From contig JAXMNT010000008.1 in the NCBI GenBank assembly GCA_034670305.1, positions 128,001-192,000 of the forward strand: DNA of 64,000 nt, written 5' to 3'. Position numbers and translations under genes: made by a program. This document shows, one piece after another, positions 27,413-38,880 of this stretch. How positions within the stretch are numbered: position 1 is the first letter of the stretch; every line of letters starts with the position of its first letter. Origin of the DNA: Deltaproteobacteria bacterium. GTDB lineage: Bacteria; Myxococcota_A; Polyangia; Polyangiales; Houyiibacteriaceae. The notes under the pieces were generated by a model. That model was not told the DNA's origin and made no database searches. It saw nothing but the letters and a program-made list of their open reading frames with translations.

Positions 27413-29566
27413 ATGCCGCCGCCTCCTCCGCTCCTCGCCTCCGTCGTCGACTCCGTCACCGTCTTCCGCAAAGGCGCACTCGTCCGCCGGGTCGCTGATC
27501 TGAGCGGCCTCGACGCCGCTGTCCGCCGCGTCCGCTTCGGTCCGCTGCCGATTGGCGCGGACGACGACTCGGTCCGCGTCAGCGCCGCGTGCACCCCCAC
27601 CGAGATGCGGGTCGTGCTGGCGACCATGGCGCCGCAGGAGCATCTCGCGCCGCCGGAAGACGCGGAGTTGCTGGTCGCGCGCGCGGAGGAGCTGCGGATC
27701 GAAGCGAACATCGAGGCGCACCGGCAGTCGATCGCAGCGCTGCAATCGATCGCCATCGCCCCACGGCGCCATGCACCCGAGAGCGCCCCCAACGGGATCC
27801 CCCACGAAGCCCGCATGGCACTCATCGAGCTGCGGCGGACGAAGAGCGAATTGCTGCACGCGAAGATCGCCGAGCTGAGCGAGACGCTGCGGACGGCGCG
27901 GCTCACTCGCCAAGCACTCGAACAACGACTGCACCTCGCGTCGACCGCACGCCAGACCCGTGCCCACGAGCTGCGCAAAGCCGTCGACGTGTCTTTCGAC
28001 ACCAGCCCCACAGGCACGCTCGCGGTGGAGTACCTGGTTGGCGGCGCGTGCTGGTGTCCAACCTACGCGCTGCGCCTCGACGAGGAGCTCGCGTCGGGTT
28101 CGCTCGAGATGCGCGGCCTGGTGGCGCAGCGTTCGGGCGAAGACTGGACCGGCGCACAGCTCGTCCTCTCCACCGCACGCCCCCACACCTTCGTGGATCT
28201 TCCGGAGGCGACCTCCATTCGGATCGGACGACAGCAACCTCCGCCGAGCAAGACGGGCTGGCGTTCCCCACCGGCCGGCGCCGACGCACTCTTCGCCGAC
28301 GCAGACCGCGCCTACAGCCGTCCGCCGGCGCCGGCCAGGACGCCTCCGCCACGTGTCGAACCCGCTCCGCGCCCACCGGCGGAGGTGGCTGCCGCCGCGG
28401 CGCTCTTCGCGGTGACCGACGGCGCGAACATGCCGGTCGGCGGTGCCGCACCGATGCCACCACCGCAGATGGGGGCGCCTCCGATGCCGCCACCGCCGCC
28501 GCCGCCAGGAGGGATGCGCGCCCCGGCCCCGATGCCTTCGCGTCGAGGTGGACGCGCAGAAGCCAAGAAGAAAGCAAAGGGTGCGCCGCCATCCTTCGGC
28601 GGCGCCGCGCCACCGATGCTCGACGACGACATCACGGCGAGCCACTCGTTCGACGAAGGTGGCGGTGGTGCTGGTGCGGCGGGTGAGGTCGACGCCGCAG
28701 CGGCGATGTTGGCGTACGGCTCCCTGCGCATGGCCGCGCTGGACGAGCCAGGCCGAGGCACCCTGCACATCTCCGCGCGGGCCGAGCTCTACATGGAACT
28801 GCTCGTGGCGGAGGGTCGGGTCGTCGAGTTCGACATTCACGCGCTGGTGCAGACCGCAATGACCCAATCGAGCCGAATCGATCCACCCCCGGCGGGCACG
28901 CAGTTCCCTTCGTCGGTGGATGGCTTCGATCACTCTTTCGAAGTCGCCGACCGCGTCGACGTGCTCTCCGATGGCGCCTTCCACGGCCTGCCGGTCTGGA
29001 GTGAGACGGCCGCCCCACGGCCCTTCTTCGTCACTGTGCCGCGAGAGGCGGACGACGTGTTTCGGTTCGTCGAGATGAACAACCCCATCGACGGACCGAT
29101 CCTCCCGGGACCGCTCGACGTCTACGTCGGAGGCAAGTACCTGCTCGGACGCGATCTGAGCGTGACCCCGCGCGGCGCCAAGCTCGAGCTCGGACTGGGC
29201 GTCGAGCAAGGCATCAAGGTGGCGCGCAACACGCGGTTCGAAGAGCAATCCGCCGGACTGATGGGACGCGCACTCGAACTCGAACACACCCTCGAGATCG
29301 ACCTCGAGAACCACACCTCCCGCGAAGTCCGGGTGGAAGTCCGGGAACGCATCCCGGTTGCGCGCGACGGGGACGACGACGTCGAGGTCAAGGTCGAGTC
29401 GGTGGAGCCTGCGTGGGAGCCGTGGGAACCAACCGGGCAATCGCTTGAAGGCGGCCACCGCTGGATCGTGTCCCTCGCCCCCTCCGCCAAACGCTCTCTC
29501 CGCGCGACCTACGTCGTTCGGATCAGCGCCAAGCACGAACTCGTCGGAGGCAACCGCCGTGACTGA
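27413..29566 (+). CDS. DUF4139/DUF4140 (MuiA-like) protein with Pro-rich insert
   Basis: VDSVTVFRKGALVRR, WCPTY.LRL, VAQRSGEDW, LSTARP, ILPGPLDVY, LGLGVE, VRERIPV. Confidence 0.85.
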   Translation: MPPPPPLLASVVDSVTVFRKGALVRRVADLSGLDAAVRRVRFGPLPIGADDDSVRVSAACTPTEMRVVLATMAPQEHLAPPEDAELLVARAEELRIEANIEAHRQSIAALQSIAIAPRRHAPESAPNGIPHEARMALIELRRTKSELLHAKIAELSETLRTARLTRQALEQRLHLASTARQTRAHELRKAVDVSFDTSPTGTLAVEYLVGGACWCPTYALRLDEELASGSLEMRGLVAQRSGEDWTGAQLVLSTARPHTFVDLPEATSIRIGRQQPPPSKTGWRSPPAGADALFADADRAYSRPPAPARTPPPRVEPAPRPPAEVAAAAALFAVTDGANMPVGGAAPMPPPQMGAPPMPPPPPPPGGMRAPAPMPSRRGGRAEAKKKAKGAPPSFGGAAPPMLDDDITASHSFDEGGGGAGAAGEVDAAAAMLAYGSLRMAALDEPGRGTLHISARAELYMELLVAEGRVVEFDIHALVQTAMTQSSRIDPPPAGTQFPSSVDGFDHSFEVADRVDVLSDGAFHGLPVWSETAAPRPFFVTVPREADDVFRFVEMNNPIDGPILPGPLDVYVGGKYLLGRDLSVTPRGAKLELGLGVEQGIKVARNTRFEEQSAGLMGRALELEHTLEIDLENHTSREVRVEVRERIPVARDGDDDVEVKVESVEPAWEPWEPTGQSLEGGHRWIVSLAPSAKRSLRATYVVRISAKHELVGGNRRD

Positions 29567-31118
29567 TGCCAACTCGGATCGAATCTCACTCGACGCGCCC
29601 GTGCGCGAGGTGACGTTGCTCGAAGACCGCGCGGTCGTGACACGGGTCGGCCGCGTGTCCGTGCCAGCCGGCCTCTCCCGGTTGCGGGTGGCCGCCGTCG
29701 CACCGGTCCTCGCGGACAAGACGCTCGAAGCCAGAGTCGAGGGTGCCCGGCTCATCGACGCGCGGTGCGGGCGCAAGCTCCTGACCCATGTGGAGTCCTC
29801 CTCCAGCGAACACGCCGCCGTCGTGAAGCTTCAGCGCGAGAACGATCACGCCGCCGCCAAGCTGCGCACCTCCCTTCAAGAACGGTCGCGGGAGCTCCAG
29901 GACCGAACGCTCGCAAGAGAACACTGGGCCAAGGAGGTCGGCGACGACGTCGCGTGGGGCCAGAAGGATCCGGCCCGCTGGGCCGAGTCGCTGGATGCGG
30001 CGCTCGCGGCGGAGATCGTGCTGCGGGAATCGTTGGCTTTGGACCACGCGCGCGTCGCCGAACTCGACCGGCTCGCCCAGGATCTGGCGGTTCGCGCGGC
30101 TGCAACGAAGGACCCTTCGTCCCAGCGGCTTGCGTGGATCGATATCGACATCCAGGCGGACGCTTCTGGCACGGCAGAGATCCGGCTCACGTACGTCGTC
30201 CCCGCGGCCATGTGGAGGCCACAACACCGCGCGCTCCTCGAGCGCGACGGCGACGGCTTCTCGGTGCGTTGGCAGATCGACGCATGCGTCTGGCAGCGAA
30301 CCGGCGAAGCCTGGGAGGACGCGGCGCTGACCTTCTCGACCGAACGTCCGTCGCTCGGGGTGCAGCCGCCGGACCTCGGCTCGGATATTCTGCGGGTGCG
30401 GAAGAAGCAGGAGCAGCTTCAAGTCGAAGCGCGTGAACAGACCGTGGCGACCACTGGCCTCGGGAGCGACAAGAACGTGCTCGATCAGTTGCCTGGCGTC
30501 GCCGACGGCGGCTCGACGGTGCGACTGAAGTCGCACGCCGCCGCCACCGTGCCGAGCGACGGCCGGCCGCACCGCATCCGCATCGCGGAGATCTCGATGC
30601 CGGCGTCGCGCCGGACCGTCCTGCTCGCCGAGCTCTCACCGATGGCGATCCTGGAGACCACGCAGGCCTGGGCCGCGGAATCGCCTCTGCTCGCCGGGCC
30701 GGTGGACTTGGTCCGTGAAGGCGTGATCGCGGGCCGGACCAAGGTGATGTTCGCAGCACCGGGAGAGAAGTTTGCGCTCGGCTGGGGACCGGAGACGTCG
30801 ATCCGAGTGCAGCGTGAGGTCACGCGGCTGGACGGGAAGACGCGCATGCTCTCGAGCTGGATCAAGGTGCCGCATCAGGTGCGGCTCAAGCTCAGCAACC
30901 TCGGCGCGGAGCCGGTGACGCTCGAAGTGACCGAACGGTTGCCGGTGTCCGAGCTGCGCGAAGTCGAGATCGAAGTGGATCGTGGAGCGACGACAGGCGG
31001 CGCGTCTCCCGACGACGACGGCTTCGTCCGCTGGACGGTGACGGTGCCCCCCCACGGGCGCGACGTGATCGCCCTCGACTGGACCCTCGCGAAGAAGGAC
31101 GACGTGAAGGGGATCTAG
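29559..31118 (+). CDS. DUF4139/DUF4140 (MuiA-like) protein
   Basis: VREVTLLEDRAVVTR, WQRTGEAW, FSTERP, LLAGPVDL, VTERLPVS; overlaps the upstream stop. Confidence 0.85.
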   Translation: MTDANSDRISLDAPVREVTLLEDRAVVTRVGRVSVPAGLSRLRVAAVAPVLADKTLEARVEGARLIDARCGRKLLTHVESSSSEHAAVVKLQRENDHAAAKLRTSLQERSRELQDRTLAREHWAKEVGDDVAWGQKDPARWAESLDAALAAEIVLRESLALDHARVAELDRLAQDLAVRAAATKDPSSQRLAWIDIDIQADASGTAEIRLTYVVPAAMWRPQHRALLERDGDGFSVRWQIDACVWQRTGEAWEDAALTFSTERPSLGVQPPDLGSDILRVRKKQEQLQVEAREQTVATTGLGSDKNVLDQLPGVADGGSTVRLKSHAAATVPSDGRPHRIRIAEISMPASRRTVLLAELSPMAILETTQAWAAESPLLAGPVDLVREGVIAGRTKVMFAAPGEKFALGWGPETSIRVQREVTRLDGKTRMLSSWIKVPHQVRLKLSNLGAEPVTLEVTERLPVSELREVEIEVDRGATTGGASPDDDGFVRWTVTVPPHGRDVIALDWTLAKKDDVKGI

Positions 31119-31894
31119 AGGCCGCTGCTTTTGAGGCTTTGGTTCTGTTCTTGGGTCAGCGGAAGGTGCAGGCCGCACTCGCGCTTCTTGCCCAGGATTC
31201 TTCCGTCGCGCGGATCCATGTCGTCGGTGGTCGGGAGCGTGCTGTGCACGTCGCCGATAGAGCGGTACCCCTCCGCGTAGAGCGGGTGGTAGGGGAGCTC
31301 GTGTTCGTCGATGTAGGCTTCGGCGCGCTCGAGGGTCCAATCGAGGATGGGGTGGATCTTCACCCGGCCGTCCTGGGTGCCGACGCGGCTGAGCCCGGCG
31401 CGGTGTTCCGTCTGTCGGGATCGCAGCCCGGCCATCCACGCGGTGGCGCCGAGTTCATTCAGCGCGCGCTGCATGGGTTCGACCTTGTTGCGTTGCAGGT
31501 ACGCCTGCACGCCCTCGTCGCCTTGCTCCCAGAGTCGACCGTAGAGTGCTTCCTCCCGCGCCGCGGTCATGCGCGGACCGTATACCTGCAGGTTCAGACC
31601 GAACCGTCGCTGCAACTCGTCCGCGAAGCGGTAGGTCTCCGGGAAGAGGTGACCGGTGTCGAGGAAGATGACGGGGGTGCGCGGTGCGACGCGGTGCACG
31701 AGGTGCAGCATCACCGCCGAGTGCGCGCCGAAGCTCGACGACATCACGAGGCCATCGCCGAACCGCTCGGCCGCCCACGCGATCACGTCCTCGGCCGAAC
31801 CACCCTCCAAGCCCGCATTCGCCGAGGCCAAACCCGCGTCGTCGAGGACTGGGATCGGCACCTCGGGGGCAGCCAGTGGCGGGGGCGCGTTCAT
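31115..31894 (-). CDS. cysH: Phosphoadenylyl-sulfate (PAPS/APS) reductase
   Basis: SSSFG, FLDTGHLFPETY, NKVEP, GLRSRQ, GYRSIGD, KRECGLH. Confidence 0.93.
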   Translation of the reverse strand: MNAPPPLAAPEVPIPVLDDAGLASANAGLEGGSAEDVIAWAAERFGDGLVMSSSFGAHSAVMLHLVHRVAPRTPVIFLDTGHLFPETYRFADELQRRFGLNLQVYGPRMTAAREEALYGRLWEQGDEGVQAYLQRNKVEPMQRALNELGATAWMAGLRSRQTEHRAGLSRVGTQDGRVKIHPILDWTLERAEAYIDEHELPYHPLYAEGYRSIGDVHSTLPTTDDMDPRDGRILGKKRECGLHLPLTQEQNQSLKSSGL

Positions 31895-32000
31895 GGCGTG
31901 AGCTAACTTGACGTTCTAGGTGAAGATTCGCAACGCAAAACTTGAACCCACTGCGTCGTTTTGCTCAGTACCATGATTTCACCGAATAAAACGGACACAT

Positions 32001-32024
32001 ATAGACGACCATATTGGTCAACAT
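32001..32024. promoter_or_regulatory. Possible Rrf2-family (IscR/CymR-like) operator upstream of cysH
   Basis: ATAGACGACCATATTGGTCAACAT with a GACCA-N3-TGGTC dyad in an AT-rich divergent promoter. Confidence 0.35.
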
Positions 32025-32071
32025 CAACTCCCGCAGCGATTAGATCGTGATCTCTCCAACCAAGCGATCTA

Positions 32072-32087
32072 CTGTACAGCGGTTCAG
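32072..32087. promoter_or_regulatory. Candidate LexA (SOS) box upstream of imuA
   Basis: CTGTAC-AGCG-GTTCAG resembles the Myxococcus-type LexA site (CTRHAM...GTTCAG); lies 9 bp before the imuA GTG. Confidence 0.7.
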
Positions 32088-32096
32088 TAGATCGCC

Positions 32097-32840
32097 GTGC
32101 TCCGCCCTCCCCTCTCGCTCGTCGTTTCCGACCCTCTGGCCCCAGTTCCGGGCGACGCGGAGATCCGATCCGAGCCGCAGCTCGAACCCGGCGGATCCCT
32201 CGAGGTCATCGCGCCTCCTGGTACCGGAGGCCTGACCTTCGCGTCTCGGTGGGTGCGGCGCATCGCATCCCAAGGCGAGACCTGCCTCGTCGTCGACGCC
32301 CGCGCCGGCACGTTTCCCCACGCCTGGGTGCCGCCCGCACTCGAGCGCGCGTCGGGTTCGATTTGGATCGTCGTCCCCACCGATCCCTCCGCGGCATGGA
32401 TCGCGATCGACATCGCGGTCCGTGCCGCTGCGTTCGCGCTCGTCGTGGCCATCGATCCGCCGGTCGCCGACCGAGGCCGGGTCGCGCCGCGTCTCCGCCG
32501 TCTGCTCGAGCGCACCGAAGGACGCCTCCTCGTCGTGACTGCGCAGCACGTGCTGCGCGCGCGTCGGTCGCTGGTGTTGCCGCCCACCTCCATCCGCTGG
32601 CTCGAGTCTCCGCTCGGCCCCGCTCCGCTCCTTCCCTCCCCGATTCCCGCGCCGCTCCTTCCCGAGCGGCAAGGACCTCCCGATGACGACGCCCACGACC
32701 TCGCCTCCGCCACCGATCGCCTGCGTGTTCGCCCCCGCGCTCCCGATCGTCGCTCATCACGGCACGCGCCTCGCCACCACGAGGCCCCTCGCGGTGCACC
32801 GCGGCCGGGGGACCGCCGCCCGGATCGTGTGGTGCAATGA
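32097..32840 (+). CDS. imuA: ImuA-like RecA-derived mutagenesis accessory protein
   Basis: Degenerate P-loop region ([12 protein letters not shown]), [19 protein letters not shown]; position before imuB. Confidence 0.72.
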   Translation: MLRPPLSLVVSDPLAPVPGDAEIRSEPQLEPGGSLEVIAPPGTGGLTFASRWVRRIASQGETCLVVDARAGTFPHAWVPPALERASGSIWIVVPTDPSAAWIAIDIAVRAAAFALVVAIDPPVADRGRVAPRLRRLLERTEGRLLVVTAQHVLRARRSLVLPPTSIRWLESPLGPAPLLPSPIPAPLLPERQGPPDDDAHDLASATDRLRVRPRAPDRRSSRHAPRHHEAPRGAPRPGDRRPDRVVQ

Positions 32841-34191
32841 GATCGCGTCGCGACAGGGCGTGCACTCGGGACAAACACTGGCGGCGGCACGGGCGCACGT
32901 CTCCTCGCTGCGCAGCCACGACCTCGATCCCGGTCGGCTCGCTCGGACACGGCGCGCCGTCGTCGCGACATTGCTGCGGCTGACCCCGCGCATCCGAGGC
33001 GACGGGGCTGGTCGCTTCTGGGCGGAGCCGGTGCGGCTCGCGGGCGAGACCGGGACCGCACCACTCGAACGCTGGGCCCACGACGCCCAAGCGCTGCTGC
33101 GGCCTCTGGAGCCGGTGGCGATCGGCGTGGGTCCCACCGCGACGGTCGCCTACGCCGCGGCCTGTCTCGGCGGCGTGCACTGCGCGCTCGGCGCCGACGC
33201 GGACACCGTGCTGCATGCCGCCCCGGTGGAGGTGCTCGAGATCGATGGCGAGACCGTGTCGATCCTCGCGTCGCTCGGCATTCGAACCGTCAAGCAGCTC
33301 CTCCAGCACGACCCGGTGTCGCTCGGCATGCGCTTCGGGCCGGGTCTCGCCGAAGCCCATCGACGCGCGCGCGGCATCGATCCCCGCGGGCCGAGCACCC
33401 CCAAGACAGAGCCCTCCGCTCAGGTGCGGCTCGAGTTCGACGATCCGCTCTCGTCGCTCGACGCGATCGTGTTCCTGCTCGGTCCTGCCTGCGAGCGGCT
33501 GCTGGACGAACTTCGGAGTCGGGAGCGGGCCGTCGCGGTCGCCCACCTGTTCCTCGAGGAAGAACGCACCGACGCGCGGGCGTCGATCGAAGTGCGTGCC
33601 GGCGCGCCGATCGACGACGCCCGCAGCCTGCTGGAACTGTTTCGAACGAAGCTCGAACGCACCACGCTCCGCGCGCCGGTGGTGGCGCTCGAACTTCGAG
33701 CGACCGAACAGGTGCCCCACGCGCGCCGCACCCTGCCGATGCCGCACGGTCCGCCGGAGAGCCGCGACGGCGCCCGCGAAGTCGCACTCGAACGGCTGCG
33801 TGCTCGGCTCGGACCGGAAGCGGTTCGGCAAGCGAGCCGGGTCGAGCGCGGCCACCTCGGGGAACGCGCGCAGTGGTTGGTACGACTCGACTCCCCCAGC
33901 ATCACCACCGAGCCCGCGCCTGGCGAAGCGCTCCCGTGGCGGCGCGTGGATCCGCCGGCGCAGGTGGTCCGCGGCGCAGCCACGGTGGCGGGACAGCGGC
34001 GCCGCATCCTCCGGCTCAGCCGGGTGGAACGCGCCCAGCGCGCGTGGTGGGGCGACACGCCGCGTGCGGGCGGGGAAGCGGACGTGGAGCTGCTCGCCTG
34101 GGCCGAACTCGAAGGGCCCCTGCTCGCGCTCGTACGCGCGCGCTTCGGCGCGGACCGCGACCAATGGGAGGTGATCGCGTGGCTCGATTGA
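32683..34191 (+). CDS. imuB: ImuB, catalytically inactive Y-family polymerase
   Basis: [47 protein letters not shown]...W..WLD; lacks catalytic Asp. Confidence 0.87.
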   Translation: MTTPTTSPPPPIACVFAPALPIVAHHGTRLATTRPLAVHRGRGTAARIVWCNEIASRQGVHSGQTLAAARAHVSSLRSHDLDPGRLARTRRAVVATLLRLTPRIRGDGAGRFWAEPVRLAGETGTAPLERWAHDAQALLRPLEPVAIGVGPTATVAYAAACLGGVHCALGADADTVLHAAPVEVLEIDGETVSILASLGIRTVKQLLQHDPVSLGMRFGPGLAEAHRRARGIDPRGPSTPKTEPSAQVRLEFDDPLSSLDAIVFLLGPACERLLDELRSRERAVAVAHLFLEEERTDARASIEVRAGAPIDDARSLLELFRTKLERTTLRAPVVALELRATEQVPHARRTLPMPHGPPESRDGAREVALERLRARLGPEAVRQASRVERGHLGERAQWLVRLDSPSITTEPAPGEALPWRRVDPPAQVVRGAATVAGQRRRILRLSRVERAQRAWWGDTPRAGGEADVELLAWAELEGPLLALVRARFGADRDQWEVIAWLD

Positions 34192-34464
34192 AGGCGAAGC
34201 GCGGCGCTGGGCCGAAGCGCAGTCCCGAACGAGCAGCCGTAGCGAGCAGCGTCGAAGCTGGCGGAGCTGGCGCCGAAGCCAGCGCGCCGTGCTCGGCGAA
34301 GCGGCTGGAACCGACGGTGTACGTCTCGCTCTGGGAACGCGGCTTCGCCCGCGAACTCGGCCGACTCCGCGGCGGGGACGACCGCGATCCAGATGCTTCT
34401 TGAAGTGGACGTACCAGTGACGGACGCAGCATGCCCTGCGCTCGCGCTGCCTTCTCCCCGACGT

Positions 34465-34677
34465 GCCCGCGGTGCAGTCACCGGCCGCGGGTTCGCGCGG
34501 CTCCCTTCTCGCCGCCGACTCACTCCTGACCACGGTGCAGTCACCGGCCGCGGGTTCGCGCGGCGCCCTTCTCGCCAACGACTCACTCCTGCCGGTGCAA
34601 TCAGCGGCCGCGGGTTCGCGCGGCTCCCTTCTCGCCAACGACTCACTCCTGCCCGCGGTGCAGTCAGCGGCCGCGGG
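34465..34677 (+). repeat. Tandem repeat of 60-63 bp, about 3.4 copies
   Basis: GGTGCA(G/A)TCA.CGGCCGCGGGTTCGCGCGGC.CCCTTCTCGCC..CGACTCACTCCTG begins at 34471, 34534, 34594 and 34657. Confidence 0.9.
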
Positions 34678-34688
34678 GCGGTCGGTTC

Positions 34689-34724
34689 GGGGAGAGTGGG
34701 GGGGAGTTGGGGGGAGTGGGGGGG
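34689..34724 (+). other. Putative G-quadruplex motif
   Basis: G4-AGAGT-G7-AGTT-G6-AGT-G7. Confidence 0.6.
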
Positions 34725-34738
34725 AGTTCACACAGGGA

Positions 34739-35088
<350 letters not shown>

Positions 35089-35108
35089 TCGGTTCGGCCT
35101 GGCTCGCC

Positions 35109-38100
35109 GTGACGTCTTCCATCGACACGTCCTACGTCGAGCTCCACGCGCGCAGCGCGTTCTCCTTCCTCGACGGAGCCTCGACGCCCGAACAACTCGC
35201 CGCGCGCGCCTCGGAAGTCGGGTTGCACGCGCTCGCGCTCACCGACCTCGACGACCTGGGCGGCGCGGTCCGGTTCGCGGAGGCATGCGCAGCGAACGGG
35301 GTGCGACCCATCTTCGGGGCAGAGCTCACCGTGCGACCGGGCGACGCCTCAGACGCGGCGTTTGGAACACGTCGCGCCAGAAAACGAAGCGCCCTGAAGC
35401 CGCCCGCACACGACGGAGACGCGCCCGTCGTGCTGCTGTGTGAAGACGCGCGCGGCTGGGCCAACCTCGCGCAGCTGATCTCCGACGCGCGCTGCGCACC
35501 GCGCGGGCTGCCCTTCGTCGATCTCGACCGGCTCGCGGCTGCCTCCAAAGGGTTGGTCTGCCTCACCGGTGGGCGGGGCGGATGCGTCGCCCGTTCCCCG
35601 CACCCGGCGCGGCTCGCTGGGCAGCTGGCGGACATCTTCGAGGACCGGTTCTACGTGGAGGTCAGCGACCACCAGCTCTTCGACGACGTCGCGTTCGTCC
35701 GCGACACGATCGACATCGCACGCACGCTCGGTGCGCCGTGGGTGGTCACCGGCGATGTGCGCCACGCGGCCCCGCACGACCGCGCGCTGCACGACGCGCT
35801 GGTCTGTCTCAAACACCGCACCACGCTCGAAGAAGCCGGCGACCTGCTCTTCCCGAACGATGCGCGGCATCTGCGCGGTCCAAGCGCGGTTGCGCACGCG
35901 TGGCGAAGCACTCCCGCGGGGGTGCTCCGAACGCTCGAGGTCGCCGAACGGTGCAAGTTCTCGCTGCTCCACGACCTCCGCCCCCAGCTCCCTACCTTTC
36001 CGCTGCCCGACGGAGTCGACGACGCGGACGCGCTGCTCGAACATCACGCGCGCGAAGGCTTCGCCCGGCGCTACACCCATCCCACCGACCGCCACCACGC
36101 GCAGCTTCGAACCGAGCTCGACCTGATCCGCACACTGGGACTCGCGGGCTACTTTCTCATCGTGCACGACATCGTGCGGTTCGCGCGGCACCGCGACATC
36201 CTCGTGCAAGGGCGAGGCAGCGCCGCCAACAGCGTGGTCTGTTACTGCCTCGGCATCACCTCGGTCGATCCGATCGGACTCGAGCTGCTCTTCGAGCGGT
36301 TCCTCTCCGAAGGCCGGGGCGAACCACCGGACATCGACCTCGACATCGCGCACCGCGACCGCGAAGAGGTGCTTCAGTACGTCTACGAACGCTACGGCCG
36401 AGAGCACGCCGCGATGGTCTGCAACACCATCACCTGGCGCGGCAAGAGCACCGTGCGCGACGCCGCGCGGGTGCTCGGGTTTCCGCCCGCGATCGGAGAC
36501 GCCCTCAGCGCCGAGGTCGGGCACGCGGTCGCCTCGGACGCCAGCACCGACACCGCGTTCTCCGAACACGCGGGCGCCGCCGACGCGCTTCTGAACGGAG
36601 GCCTCGAACGCGCCGGACTCGACCCCCGGGACTCGAGGGTGCGCGCGCTCTTGCGCATCGTGCGCGGACTCGAAGGACTGCCGCGCCACCGCGGCATCCA
36701 CGTCGGCGGGTTCGTGCTCACGGGCGGCAAACTCTCCGAGGTGGTCCCGATCGAACCGGCCGCCATGGAGGGCAGAACCGTCATCCAGTGGGACAAAGAC
36801 GACCTGCCGCCGCTCGGCCTGGTGAAGATCGATCTGCTCGGGCTCGGCATGCTCACGCTGCTCTCCGACGCACTCCGGTTCATGCACACCGGCCGCGGCG
36901 CCTCGTTCGAACTGCACACCCTGCCGCCGGACGACGAAGCGACCTACGCGATGATCCGCGCCGCCGACACGGTGGGCGTCTTCCAGATCGAATCACGCGC
37001 CCAGATGAACGTGCTGCCGCGCACCCGCCCGGAGCGGTTCTACGACTTGGTCGTGCAGGTCGCGCTGGTTCGGCCGGGCCCGATCCAGGGCGAGATGGTG
37101 CACCCCTACCTGCGGCGGCGCCGCGGCGAAGAACCCATCGAGTACCTGCACCCGATGCTCGAACCGGTGCTGCGCCGCACCCTCGGCGTGCCGCTCTTCC
37201 AAGAGCAGGGCATGAAACTCGCCATCGTCGCGGCGGGGTTCACGCCCGCGCAGGCGGATGCGTTGCGGCGCGCGATGGGACGCAAACGAAGCCGCAGTCA
37301 GATGGCGCGGCTCGCGCTCGAACTCATGCAAGGCATGGAGACGCGGGGCATCCCGGCCGACATCGCCGAACGCATCGTCAAACAGCTCGCCGCGTTCGCG
37401 AGCTACGGGTTCCCCGAGAGCCACGCGGCGAGCTTCGCGCTCCTCGTCTACGCGTCCGCGTACCTCAAGCGGCACTTCGCGCCGGAATTCTTCGCCGCGA
37501 TCCTCGATGCGCAACCGATGGGTTTCTACAACGTCGGCACCCTGATCGCGGACGCACGCCGGCACGGCGTCGAGGTGCTGCGCCCCGACGTGAACGCGTC
37601 GGGCTGGGGGAGCGTGCTCGAACCACGCGCAGCGCCGCGCGACGACCTCGGGGCAGGACCGCCGGCATTGCGTCTCGGGCTTCGGCTCGTGCGCGGTCTC
37701 GGAAAGAACGCGCAGGAGAAGTTCGAAGCGGCGTGCGCGCATCGTCCGTTCGAGTCGGTGCAACAGTTCGCGGAAGCCACCGGGTTCGACAAACGAACGC
37801 TCACGCACCTCGCGCGGGCGGGTGCGCTGGACGCGCTGGCAGACCACCGGCGACATGCGGTATGGGAAGTGCTCCGAGTCGGCCGCCGGCGCGCCGGCCC
37901 ACTCGACGCCACTCCGCTCGACCCCCGCACCCCACCGCTCGATCCACCCGCACGATCGGCGCGGGTGCGGGACGACTACGCCGCGTTCGGTGGCTCCACC
38001 GAAGCGCATCCGATCTCGTTCCTCGCCGACCGCCGCACCCGCGCTGGCATGCCCACGTTGGCCGCGCTCCGCACCCACCCAACCGGCCCGGTGCGCATCG

Positions 38101-38327
38101 TCGGCCTCGTCATCTCGCGGCAGCGCCCGATGACCGCAAAGGGGTTCGTCTTCCTGGCGCTCGAAGACGAGACCGGCATGGCCAACGTCGTCATTCGCCC
38201 CGACCTCTTCGAACGCCAGCGCCGCGTCATCACCAGCGCCGTCACCCTCGTCATCGAAGGCCAACTCGAACGCCAACACGACGTCGTCAACGTCATCGCC
38301 CAGAAGTTCCGCCGCATCGGCGGATGA
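35109..38327 (+). CDS. dnaE2: Error-prone DNA polymerase III alpha subunit DnaE2 (ImuC)
   Basis: [75 protein letters not shown]. Confidence 0.95.
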   Translation: MTSSIDTSYVELHARSAFSFLDGASTPEQLAARASEVGLHALALTDLDDLGGAVRFAEACAANGVRPIFGAELTVRPGDASDAAFGTRRARKRSALKPPAHDGDAPVVLLCEDARGWANLAQLISDARCAPRGLPFVDLDRLAAASKGLVCLTGGRGGCVARSPHPARLAGQLADIFEDRFYVEVSDHQLFDDVAFVRDTIDIARTLGAPWVVTGDVRHAAPHDRALHDALVCLKHRTTLEEAGDLLFPNDARHLRGPSAVAHAWRSTPAGVLRTLEVAERCKFSLLHDLRPQLPTFPLPDGVDDADALLEHHAREGFARRYTHPTDRHHAQLRTELDLIRTLGLAGYFLIVHDIVRFARHRDILVQGRGSAANSVVCYCLGITSVDPIGLELLFERFLSEGRGEPPDIDLDIAHRDREEVLQYVYERYGREHAAMVCNTITWRGKSTVRDAARVLGFPPAIGDALSAEVGHAVASDASTDTAFSEHAGAADALLNGGLERAGLDPRDSRVRALLRIVRGLEGLPRHRGIHVGGFVLTGGKLSEVVPIEPAAMEGRTVIQWDKDDLPPLGLVKIDLLGLGMLTLLSDALRFMHTGRGASFELHTLPPDDEATYAMIRAADTVGVFQIESRAQMNVLPRTRPERFYDLVVQVALVRPGPIQGEMVHPYLRRRRGEEPIEYLHPMLEPVLRRTLGVPLFQEQGMKLAIVAAGFTPAQADALRRAMGRKRSRSQMARLALELMQGMETRGIPADIAERIVKQLAAFASYGFPESHAASFALLVYASAYLKRHFAPEFFAAILDAQPMGFYNVGTLIADARRHGVEVLRPDVNASGWGSVLEPRAAPRDDLGAGPPALRLGLRLVRGLGKNAQEKFEAACAHRPFESVQQFAEATGFDKRTLTHLARAGALDALADHRRHAVWEVLRVGRRRAGPLDATPLDPRTPPLDPPARSARVRDDYAAFGGSTEAHPISFLADRRTRAGMPTLAALRTHPTGPVRIVGLVISRQRPMTAKGFVFLALEDETGMANVVIRPDLFERQRRVITSAVTLVIEGQLERQHDVVNVIAQKFRRIGG

Positions 38328-38392
38328 AACCACCACCTCCGGCATTCGGCGTCGGCGCCGGCCCCGGCTTCGCTTTCGGAGTCGGCCTCCGC

Positions 38393-38869
38393 TCAGCCCT
38401 CGGGCACGTCCCAGACGAACCGCAGCGCCCCGCTCTCTGCGTCGAACGCCACCGCGAGGGTCTGAAAGCCAAGGGAGATCCAGACGGTCCAACAATCGCC
38501 GGCAGCCAACGCGTCGAGGTCGCCGAAGAGCACCGCCTCAGCGTGTGCGCCGGGACCCATCGTGTCGGTGAACCGCGCGCCGAGTTCCGAACAACGGCCA
38601 CGCGACGCCGCCCGCGACGCGTCCGGCAACGCCTCCAACCACCGCACGGCGACGGCGTGACGGGAGTCGCCCTCGAGACCGTTGACCACCCCGGGGAACA
38701 CTTCGTCCACCCGCGCGATCGCCTCGGCATCGCTGGCGATGGGTCTCGGGTCGGCCGTGGCCGGAGTCGCTGCTGGGGCTGGGGCCGAGGACTGAACCGG
38801 CGCGGGCACCACGGGGGCGGGATCGGACGCGCCGCAGGCCAATGCCAAGACCAGAAGACACCACTTCAT
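38393..38869 (-). CDS. Hypothetical lipoprotein
   Basis: [12 protein letters not shown] lipobox, Pro/Ala linker. Confidence 0.65.
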   Translation of the reverse strand: MKWCLLVLALACGASDPAPVVPAPVQSSAPAPAATPATADPRPIASDAEAIARVDEVFPGVVNGLEGDSRHAVAVRWLEALPDASRAASRGRCSELGARFTDTMGPGAHAEAVLFGDLDALAAGDCWTVWISLGFQTLAVAFDAESGALRFVWDVPEG

Positions 38870-38880
38870 CGCCGACCGTG

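Noticed and set aside
34179-34403. Possible 74-aa ORF after imuB
   Set aside because: No recognisable motif or RBS; cannot be supported
34465-34677. CRISPR array
   Set aside because: Units are contiguous near-identical repeats with no unique spacers, and no cas genes are present
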